Shown in pieces: positions 46,455 through 53,930 of a stretch of DNA of 64,000 nucleotides (positions are counted from its first letter, which is position 1; each line of letters starts with the position of its first letter). The translations under genes were made by a program, and so were the position numbers. The stretch spans positions 320,001 through 384,000 of the forward strand of contig JBPOGF010000001.1 in assembly GCA_051251915.1 (NCBI GenBank). Reading direction: 5' to 3'. Under the pieces are notes generated by a model. That model was not told the origin of the DNA. It did no database searches and was given only the letters and a program-made list of their open reading frames with translations. This stretch comes from Akkermansiaceae bacterium. GTDB taxonomy: Bacteria > Verrucomicrobiota > Verrucomicrobiia > Verrucomicrobiales > Akkermansiaceae.

Positions 46455-47177
46455 TTATTGAATTTTTTTGAGGGGGATGGTGTTGGGGTAGTTTTTGTAG
46501 TTGATGTCGATGTAGTGCCACCATTCTGCGGGGAGGGGGTGGAAGCCGGATTTGTGCATGGCGTATTGGAGGAGTTTGAGGTTTTTGGCGAGGGTGGGGT
46601 CTGAGTGGTTGAAGTAGGAGTGGGCTTGGGGGGTGAAGGAGTCGAAGCCGGTGGGCATGGGGGCGGGTTTGCCGGATTTGGTGACGAGGGTGATGTCTAC
46701 TGCGGTGCCGCAGGAGTGCTGGGATGGGGAGTTTCCGGGGTTGGCTACAAATTCATCATTTCTGCCTGAGGCTTCGTAGAGATTCCACTGGGCTGATGGT
46801 GGGCGGTAGGCGTCCCAGACTTTGATGCGGAGGTCGAATTGTTTAACTATGTCGTTGGCGTGCTTGAGACGGAGGGCTGTTTCTGGTCTGAGGAGGGCGG
46901 GGAATTTCTCAGGGTAGAGGGGGGATTTTGCGACGGTGGTGGGGCGGGTGTATTGGAGATCGATGAGGATGGTGGGATCGACTTCGGTGATGGAGATGAG
47001 GTTGGCGGCGGCGTATTTTGGGTTGTTAGAGATGGGGAGCTCTGCGTCTGTGTATTGTGGTGGGGTGACGGGGCCGATGGGGGGGACTGGTTTGTTTGAT
47101 GTGGTGGGGGCGCAGTAGCAGATGGTGAGGCAGATGAGTGGGAGTGCGAGGGTGATGAGGTGGTGCGGGAGTTTCAT
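46455..47177 (-). CDS. D-Ala-D-Ala dipeptidase (M15D, VanX/DdpX family), exported
   Basis: WDAYRP, SQHSCGTAVD, MPTGFDSF, EWWHY. Confidence 0.92.
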   Translation of the reverse strand: MKLPHHLITLALPLICLTICYCAPTTSNKPVPPIGPVTPPQYTDAELPISNNPKYAAANLISITEVDPTILIDLQYTRPTTVAKSPLYPEKFPALLRPETALRLKHANDIVKQFDLRIKVWDAYRPPSAQWNLYEASGRNDEFVANPGNSPSQHSCGTAVDITLVTKSGKPAPMPTGFDSFTPQAHSYFNHSDPTLAKNLKLLQYAMHKSGFHPLPAEWWHYIDINYKNYPNTIPLKKIQ

Positions 47178-47180
47178 GTA

Positions 47181-47735
47181 TTATGCTGATGGGGAGGAGG
47201 GATGGAGCCTGCCGTTGATGGCGGTTTCTAGTAGTGGGTAGTTGGCTTTTCCGATGGGTCTGAGGCTGGAGACGATGCCGCCGGTTTCTTCTTTGTTGTA
47301 GTGGAGGGTCATGAGATGATCATTGAATTCTGCATGATCTATGTCTGACCAGAAGATGACTTGGAGGTTTTTCTGGGGTTTCCAGAAGGGGAAGAGTTCG
47401 ACGCCCATGGGGGTGAGTATGATGTATGCGTGGCGGACGCAGTGGACGCCGATACGGAAGAAGATGGCAGCAGGGATGAGTGGGATGAGGGAGAAATACC
47501 AGTAGGCTTTGAAGTCTGCGTGCCAGGGGCCCCAGTTTATGAATTCGTTGAAGAGGGTGCCGATGGCGATCATGGTGCAGATGACTCCGAGGAAGAAGAA
47601 GGTGGAGGCTTGGGCGGCGCGGGTGAAGCGGATTTCTTTTTCTGGTTCGGCGACGGGTTTGACAGGGGAGTCTAGGATGCGTTTGAGGGGGCCTGCTCCG
47701 TCACGTGGGTCAATGGGGTGATTTGATTCTGGCAT
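47181..47735 (-). CDS. Hypothetical membrane protein (2 TM plus soluble tail)
   Basis: 184-aa ORF tightly packed in the minus-strand operon. Confidence 0.75.
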   Translation of the reverse strand: MPESNHPIDPRDGAGPLKRILDSPVKPVAEPEKEIRFTRAAQASTFFFLGVICTMIAIGTLFNEFINWGPWHADFKAYWYFSLIPLIPAAIFFRIGVHCVRHAYIILTPMGVELFPFWKPQKNLQVIFWSDIDHAEFNDHLMTLHYNKEETGGIVSSLRPIGKANYPLLETAINGRLHPSSPSA

Positions 47736-47770
47736 GTGTTATAGCTTGGTATGGTGACGCTGGTTTTTGT

Positions 47771-48547
47771 TCAAATCTTTGTGGCGGTGATGGTGAGGAT
47801 GTGGGCGTCTGGGTGGGGGGCTTTGTCTGGTTCTAGGTCGGTGATGAGCTGGTTTGCTTTCCAGCCGGTGGCGGCTAGGATGAGCTGGAGCTCGGGGTAG
47901 CTGTACCATTGAATTTCTTGGGAGGAGCGGTGTTGTTGTTTTTGGCCGCTGGGGTGGGTGACGGTGTATTGGTGCTTGCGGCTGAGAGTTTGGCGGAGGC
48001 GGTTGATTGTGAATTTGGTTTTGCACTGGGCTTTGGCTTTACCGTCGTCGCCGAGGTTGGCTTCGTGGTCTAGGTACCAGTCGCTTTCTGGGAGTTCGCC
48101 GGCGATTTCTGCCCAGGGGATGAAGAGGGTGAGGTAGAGTTTGGCGTCTGGGGTGGTGTAGGTGTGGGCTTGGGTGAGGAGTTTTTGGAAATTTTCTCTG
48201 GTGAGGAGCTGGGCGGTGAAGGCGGGGATGGAGACTCTTTGGTATTTCTTGTCGTCTAGGTTCAGGTCGACGATGTCAGCGGTGTGGATGGTTTGTTGAG
48301 CGAGCTTGGAGGTAAGGTTTTGTTGCTGGGCATTGGAGTGTAGAAGCTGGACCATTTCTGGGGAGATTTCTACGCCGTCTATGGGGGTGCCATTTTCTAG
48401 GAGTGGAAGGAGGAGACGTCCTGAGCCGCAGCCTATTTCTAGGCTGGGTTTCTTGTCGTGAAATTTCTCTAATAGTGGGAGTTCAGAGATGATGTCTTCT
48501 TGCTCCCAAAAGGTGTCGTGGAGCTTGGCTTCTAGGTCGGTGTACAT
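47771..48547 (-). CDS. Class I SAM-dependent methyltransferase
   Basis: LEIGCGSGRL motif I, GVEISPEM. Confidence 0.9.
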   Translation of the reverse strand: MYTDLEAKLHDTFWEQEDIISELPLLEKFHDKKPSLEIGCGSGRLLLPLLENGTPIDGVEISPEMVQLLHSNAQQQNLTSKLAQQTIHTADIVDLNLDDKKYQRVSIPAFTAQLLTRENFQKLLTQAHTYTTPDAKLYLTLFIPWAEIAGELPESDWYLDHEANLGDDGKAKAQCKTKFTINRLRQTLSRKHQYTVTHPSGQKQQHRSSQEIQWYSYPELQLILAATGWKANQLITDLEPDKAPHPDAHILTITATKI

Positions 48548-48565
48548 TAGAGGTAAGTTTTTCTG

Positions 48566-50461
48566 TTAGACTTTGCTGAGGTCTGGGGCTGTGGGTTTTT
48601 TGGATAGTGGTTCAGGGTCTTCTGGGAAGACTAGGGCGTAGATGGTGTTACCAGGGGTGACTTTTTTGAGATCTTCTTCGGCTGGGCGTAGTCCTTTGTC
48701 TTCGCTGTTAAGGAAGAGTATGATGGCGTCTGGGTTGGCTTCGGTGAAGTGTTGGAAGGTGTATTGTTCTGAGATGCTGGTTTTCTTGACGATGGCACCT
48801 TTTAGTACGAGACGTTCTAGCTTTTTACGGTTTGGTCTGCCGGTGAACATGATGCGTCCTCGTTGGTGAGAGGCTACGGAGTTGGTGTGGTGTTCTTTGT
48901 CATCGAGTGGGGCAACTTGCCAGATTTCTGCGCTGCCGAAGATGTGGGTGAATTCTTTGGCGGCTAGGCTGTTGACTTCGTCGTTGTTGGTGGCGGCGAC
49001 GAGCTGACCGATGCCTGTGAGGTCTAGTTCTTCTTCGACGTATTCTGAGAGGATGTTAGCGCGTTTGGCGGGGATGCCAGCTAAGGAGGCGGCTGCTACG
49101 TTTGAGAAGTTGGTGTCGAGCATGAGTACGTCATGGCCGTCGTCATGGAGGGTTTTGGCGATGAGTCTGGTCCAGGTGTTGGCTCCGGCGAAGAGGATGC
49201 CGCGTGGGTTTTTGGTGGCGAGTCCTAGTTTGTTAGCGAGTGGGGCGGCGAGGAGACCGTAGAATGCTACTGTGCCGACGATGACGATGAAGGTAAGTAG
49301 GACGAGGTTTTCTGCTTGCTGGGCGACTTCTGCTGGGACTTGGCCTTCTGCTGCGGCGTGGGTGAGCTCTAGGGCGAAGATGGATGTGACGGCGGCTGCA
49401 ACGATTCCTCTGGGAGCTAGTGATGCGAGGAAGATCTGCTCTTTAAAGGTTGTTTTATTTGAGAATAAGTTGGCTCCGAAGATGGAGAGTGGGCGGACTA
49501 CAAGGATGAGTAGTGCGAGTAGGATGAGTCCTTGGGTGAGGGTTTCTGAGGTGAGGGTCTCTGTATTCACACGGCCGGAGAGGACGAGGAATAGGAGGGA
49601 TATGATGAGGACTCTGAGGTGTTCCTTGAACTCTAGGATGTGTTTGACTGAGACGGCTTTTTGGTTAGCGAGGGCGATGCCCATGACGGTGACTGTAAGG
49701 AGTCCTGACTCGTGAACGACTGCATTGGATGCTGAGAATGCGATGGCGATGACTGATATCATGAAGACGGAGTGGAGGAAGTCTGGGATGTAGTGTTTCT
49801 TGAGTGCGAATTCGACTGCCTTGGCGAGGACGAATGCGAAGCCGACGCCTACTACGAGGGTTTTTAGGAGTGAGGTGATGACGGCGGTTCTTGCTGAGTC
49901 CCAGTCACCAGCGATGGCAGCTTGGAAGATGAGGACGGCCATGATGGCACCGATGGGGTCGACTACGATGCCTTCCCATTTGACGATGGAGCCAACTTTA
50001 CGAGATGGCTTGATGTGTCTGATGAGTGGTGCGATGACTGTGGGGCCGGTGACGACGAGGATGGAGCCTAGGATGCCTGCGACGCGCCAATTCCACTGGA
50101 ATATATAGATTCCGATGGCGGTGGTGAGGACGAAGGCGATGAGGACACCTATGGTACAAAGCCGGAATACGGGTGCACCGCTTTCTTTGAGTTCGGAAAA
50201 TTTGAGCGTGAGTCCGCCTTCGAAGAGGATGAGGGCAACTGATAGTCCGACTACGGGGAGTAGGAGGGAGTTGCCTAGGTCTTCATTTAGGAAGTCGTTG
50301 ATACTGATGCTGAAGAGGAGCTGGGCACCGAAACCGAATGCGAGGAGGAGGAGGATGGAGGGGAGCTTGAAACGCCATGCGGACCATTGAGCTAATATTC
50401 CGAGGCCTAGGATGATGGTGAGGTAGGTGCCGAATGAGATACCTGTGAAATCGTGAATCAT
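48566..50461 (-). CDS. CPA1/NhaP-type cation:proton antiporter with C-terminal RCK-like domain
   Basis: ILFEGGL, VTGPTVI, WEGIVVDP, APRGIVAAA; C-terminal Rossmann-like domain. Confidence 0.92.
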   Translation of the reverse strand: MIHDFTGISFGTYLTIILGLGILAQWSAWRFKLPSILLLLAFGFGAQLLFSISINDFLNEDLGNSLLLPVVGLSVALILFEGGLTLKFSELKESGAPVFRLCTIGVLIAFVLTTAIGIYIFQWNWRVAGILGSILVVTGPTVIAPLIRHIKPSRKVGSIVKWEGIVVDPIGAIMAVLIFQAAIAGDWDSARTAVITSLLKTLVVGVGFAFVLAKAVEFALKKHYIPDFLHSVFMISVIAIAFSASNAVVHESGLLTVTVMGIALANQKAVSVKHILEFKEHLRVLIISLLFLVLSGRVNTETLTSETLTQGLILLALLILVVRPLSIFGANLFSNKTTFKEQIFLASLAPRGIVAAAVTSIFALELTHAAAEGQVPAEVAQQAENLVLLTFIVIVGTVAFYGLLAAPLANKLGLATKNPRGILFAGANTWTRLIAKTLHDDGHDVLMLDTNFSNVAAASLAGIPAKRANILSEYVEEELDLTGIGQLVAATNNDEVNSLAAKEFTHIFGSAEIWQVAPLDDKEHHTNSVASHQRGRIMFTGRPNRKKLERLVLKGAIVKKTSISEQYTFQHFTEANPDAIILFLNSEDKGLRPAEEDLKKVTPGNTIYALVFPEDPEPLSKKPTAPDLSKV

Positions 50462-50512
50462 AAATTATGTTGGGTGGATGGTGTGTAGGAAAGTTTTGTG
50501 TTTGTTCTGCGT

Positions 50513-51514
50513 TTATTCAGCTTTTGGATCTCTTGTGAGGAGTTCTTGGAGTGCTTGGGTGGCAGGTTTGTTTTGGTAGAGGACTTGGTAAACGGCGTCT
50601 AGGATGGGGGTGTCGATGTCGGTTTCTCTGGCGGCTTCGTAGATTGAGAGGGTGTTAGGGACGCCTTCGGCTACCATTCCGAGTTGGTCTGTGGCTTGCT
50701 TGATGCTGAGGCCTTGGCCTAGAGCTTTGCCTACGCGGTTGTTGCGTGAGTGTGGGGAGTAGCAGGTGGTCATGAGGTCTCCCATTCCGGAGAGGCCCAT
50801 GAAGGTGTCTGGCTGGCCGCCGAGGGCGATGCCGAGGCGGGTCATTTCTGCTAGTCCTCGGGTGACTAGTGCGGCGATAGCGTTGTCGCCGAGGCCGATG
50901 CCTGAGGCGATGCCTGCGGCGATGGCGAAGACGTTTTTGAGAGCTCCGCCTAGTTCCATGCCTGCGACATCATGAGATGTGTAGGTGCGGAAGTTTGCGG
51001 TGGAGAACATTTCTTGGAGGCTGGCGGTAAGTTTTTTATCGATGCTTCCTACTACTGTGCAGGTGGCTAGGTACTCGGCAACTTCTTCGGCGTGATTTGG
51101 TCCGGAGATGACTGCGATGGGGTTTTTGGGGAGGGCTTGGTAGATGATGTTGCTCATGCGTGCGCCGGTGCCGCGCTCGATTCCTTTGGCACAGGAGATG
51201 AGTGGGACGTTTGGTGAAATCCCGATTTTGGCTAGCTGGTGGGCTGTTTCTCTGGTGGCTGAAGTGGGGATGACGAAGAGGATGATTTCTGCGGTTTTGG
51301 CTTCTTTGAGTTCTGTGGTGCAGCGGATATTTTTAGGGAGGCTGACTTTTGGCAAGTACTTGCGGTTGGTGTGCTGGGTGTTTATTTCTTCGGCTTGCTC
51401 TTGTGATCTGCCAACGAGGACGACGTCTTTGAAGTGCTCGGATAGGACGACGGCGAGGGCTGTTCCCCAGGAGCCAGATCCTAGGATGACGGCTTTAGTG
51501 GTGGGTGAGGACAT
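50513..51514 (-). CDS. gpsA: NAD(P)H-dependent glycerol-3-phosphate dehydrogenase
   Basis: GSGSWGTALA, KGIE, SGPNHA, GGALKNV, GDL..TC..SRN. Confidence 0.96.
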   Translation of the reverse strand: MSSPTTKAVILGSGSWGTALAVVLSEHFKDVVLVGRSQEQAEEINTQHTNRKYLPKVSLPKNIRCTTELKEAKTAEIILFVIPTSATRETAHQLAKIGISPNVPLISCAKGIERGTGARMSNIIYQALPKNPIAVISGPNHAEEVAEYLATCTVVGSIDKKLTASLQEMFSTANFRTYTSHDVAGMELGGALKNVFAIAAGIASGIGLGDNAIAALVTRGLAEMTRLGIALGGQPDTFMGLSGMGDLMTTCYSPHSRNNRVGKALGQGLSIKQATDQLGMVAEGVPNTLSIYEAARETDIDTPILDAVYQVLYQNKPATQALQELLTRDPKAE

Positions 51515-51518
51515 GTGA

Positions 51519-52226
51519 TTAGGCTTTCTTTTTATTTTTAGGGGTGAATTTATTTTCTTCTCCGGCGAGGAGTTTCTTGATGTTAGAGCGGTGCTTCCAG
51601 ATGGCCATGATGGCGATGAAGACGGCGAAGATAAGGAGTGGTTTGTTCCAGGTCCCTGCGGCGAGTTTGCCGTGTGACCATGATCCGTAGAGGACGAGTA
51701 GTGGTAGTGATGCGGCGGCTACGATGCTGGCGAGTGAAACGTAGCGGCTGATCTTAAAGGTGATGAAGAAGATGGCGATGAGGAGGAGGAAGGCGAATGG
51801 CATGAGGGGGAGGAGGACACCTGCTGAGGTGGCGATGCCTTTGCCGCCTTTGAAGTTTACCCATGGCGAGTAGTTGTGGCCGAGGATGGCGCAGAGGCCG
51901 GTGAAGACTTGGAGGGCTTGGGCTTTGAATTGGTTGTCGCCTAGGTTGATGGCGTGTTCGCGGAGGAAGCCGATGGTCATGGTTTCGTCTGCGCCGGTGA
52001 ATTTGTAGAGGTTGTAGGCGAGTAGTGTGGGGATGAGGCCTTTGAGGAAGTCTAGGAAGAAGCAGGTGATTCCGAATTTTTTGCCTACGATGCGGAGGAC
52101 GTTGGTGGCGCCGATGTTGCCGGAGCCGTGTTCGCGGATGTTGATGCCTTGAGATTTAGCGATGAGTAGGCCGAAGGGGATGGAGCCTAGGAGGAATGCG
52201 ATAATTGGAAACAGCCAGATGTTCAT
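51519..52226 (-). CDS. plsY: Glycerol-3-phosphate acyltransferase PlsY
   Basis: GSIPFG, GSGNIGATN, GHNYS..FKGGKGIAT, HRSNI. Confidence 0.96.
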   Translation of the reverse strand: MNIWLFPIIAFLLGSIPFGLLIAKSQGINIREHGSGNIGATNVLRIVGKKFGITCFFLDFLKGLIPTLLAYNLYKFTGADETMTIGFLREHAINLGDNQFKAQALQVFTGLCAILGHNYSPWVNFKGGKGIATSAGVLLPLMPFAFLLLIAIFFITFKISRYVSLASIVAAASLPLLVLYGSWSHGKLAAGTWNKPLLIFAVFIAIMAIWKHRSNIKKLLAGEENKFTPKNKKKA

Positions 52227-52440
52227 ATGTTAGTTCGATGTGTGTGTGGGAGGAGTGGCGGAAGTTTAGGTGAGTCTTTAGGGATGTCAATACGTGGTGG
52301 TTGGTTATTGGGTTATTGGTTATTTGGATATTGGGGGGTGTTGCAGGTGTGGGCGAGACGGGCACGCTCCTGTTTTGGGTGAGGGGTGTGTTTTTGATTA
52401 ATAATTTGAGCGATATTAAGTTTGTTCTGTCTTAGTTGTT

Positions 52441-53205
52441 ATGAACGATGCTGTGAGAACTGAGCCTGTAATTTATTCGTGTAGAGAGATAGAGAGGGCT
52501 TGGTGGAAGAAGTTCAGTGTGCGTAAGCCTGGGGTGGATGTGTTGACTGGGGCTTGTTTGTTGATGGTGCTGATGCATTTATTTATTGTTCTTAGTGGGG
52601 GAGTGTATGCTCATGAGGGTATTTATAATCGGTGGTTGGGGCTGAGGGCTGAGGGGTTACTTGGGGGTAAGGTTTGGCAGTTGGTTAGTTATAGTTTTTT
52701 GCATGGGAGTTGGTTTCATTTACTGACTAATTTGGTGATGATTTGGTTGATTGGTGGGAGGCTGATGACGATTTTGGATCAGAAGAAGGTAGGGTTGTGT
52801 TTGTTGTTAGGTAGTGTGGTGGGTGGGTTGTTTTTTGTGGGGTTTGATCTGTGGAGTGGTCAGGGGGCTTTCTTGGTGGGGTCTTCTGGTTCTGCTTTTG
52901 CGTTGTTTATTCTGATGGCTTGTTTGTCACCGGAGGCGAAGATGATACCGATTCCGGTGCGGGCTAAGAATATGGCTGTGGGGTTGCTGGTGGGGTCATT
53001 GATTCTGTGTTTGGCACATCCGGGGATTGATTTGCCGGTGTTTGGGGTGATTGGGGCTTGGATTGTGGAGGTGGGGTTGACTTCGGTTTTTCAGGTGGCG
53101 CATGGGTGTCATTTGGGTGGGGGGCTTGCGGGGCTTTGGCTTTCGAGTCGTTTTATGGGGAAAATGATCTCTTTAGAGGATTTGAAACGGAGCAGGATTC
53201 ATTAA
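52441..53205 (+). CDS. Rhomboid-family intramembrane serine protease
   Basis: WQLVSYSFLHGSWFHLLTN, VGSSG catalytic Ser motif, AHGCHLGG catalytic His motif. Confidence 0.9.
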   Translation: MNDAVRTEPVIYSCREIERAWWKKFSVRKPGVDVLTGACLLMVLMHLFIVLSGGVYAHEGIYNRWLGLRAEGLLGGKVWQLVSYSFLHGSWFHLLTNLVMIWLIGGRLMTILDQKKVGLCLLLGSVVGGLFFVGFDLWSGQGAFLVGSSGSAFALFILMACLSPEAKMIPIPVRAKNMAVGLLVGSLILCLAHPGIDLPVFGVIGAWIVEVGLTSVFQVAHGCHLGGGLAGLWLSSRFMGKMISLEDLKRSRIH

Positions 53206-53263
53206 GGTTTTATTAGGAGTTACGATTTCTTTGAATATTTTTCTAAGGAATTTTCGTTTCAAG

Positions 53264-53289
53264 TGTCACAATAGTAACAGGGACTCGTC
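53264..53289 (+). promoter_or_regulatory. Candidate ECF-sigma (autoregulatory) promoter TGTCACA-N15-CGTC
   Basis: TGTCACA 53264-53270 and CGTC 53286-53289, just upstream of the ECF gene. Confidence 0.55.
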
Positions 53290-53331
53290 AATACTGACTG
53301 ACGGGTGTCTTTCGACACCACTGGATAATCC

Positions 53332-53877
53332 GTGAAAAATGTAATGAAAATATCTGAGACTGATACTAGGACTGCTGCTGAGAGAGGCGGGCAGTCTATA
53401 GAGGAGGTCTTTGATGCGGAGGAGTCTGCGTTGCTGAAGTTTGCGTATGGGTACGTGAAGCGGCGGGAGGTGGCTGAGGAGGTGGTGCAGGATGCGTTCT
53501 TAAAATTACATGAGCAGTGGGATGAGGTGGAGAGGGCTAGGCCGTGGTTGTATAAGGCGGTGAGGAATATTTCGCTGAATTATATACGCAAGGCGAAGCG
53601 GGAGACGCTGACGGATGATGCGGGGTCTGAGGTGCTGGATGGTGGGGCGGATGAGCAGGTGGGGAGGTTGGAGGCGGTGCTTATGATGCGGTTGTTGATG
53701 GATGATCTGGGGGAGAGGGATAGGGAGCTGGTGAGGTTGAAGTTTGAGGAGGATAGGAGTTATAGCGATATTGGTGAGAGGTTGGAGATGGGGGTGGGGA
53801 ATGTGGGGTATCGGTTGCATTTTGTTTTGAAGGGCTTGGCTGAAGGGCTGAGGAGGAAGGGGATAGATGGGTGGTAG
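53332..53877 (+). CDS. ECF-type RNA polymerase sigma factor
   Basis: AEEVVQDAFLKL, PWLYKAVRN (region 2); LKFEEDRSYSDIGERLEMGVGNVGYRLH (region 4). Start is GTG 53332 or ATG 53344. Confidence 0.93.
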   Translation: MKNVMKISETDTRTAAERGGQSIEEVFDAEESALLKFAYGYVKRREVAEEVVQDAFLKLHEQWDEVERARPWLYKAVRNISLNYIRKAKRETLTDDAGSEVLDGGADEQVGRLEAVLMMRLLMDDLGERDRELVRLKFEEDRSYSDIGERLEMGVGNVGYRLHFVLKGLAEGLRRKGIDGW

Positions 53878-53879
53878 TT

Positions 53880-53907
53880 AATTATGAATTATGAATTTTG
53901 AATTGTG
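53880..53907. repeat. 7-bp-period tandem repeat between the sigma and VWA genes
   Basis: AATTATG AATTATG AATTTTG AATTGTG. Confidence 0.75.
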
Positions 53908-53930
53908 AATAGGTTAAAGGAAAGTTTGGT

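Noticed and set aside
46455..47177. Vancomycin resistance (vanX) locus
   Set aside because: No vanH/vanA/vanRS neighbours; an exported DdpX-like dipeptidase in a housekeeping operon is more likely.
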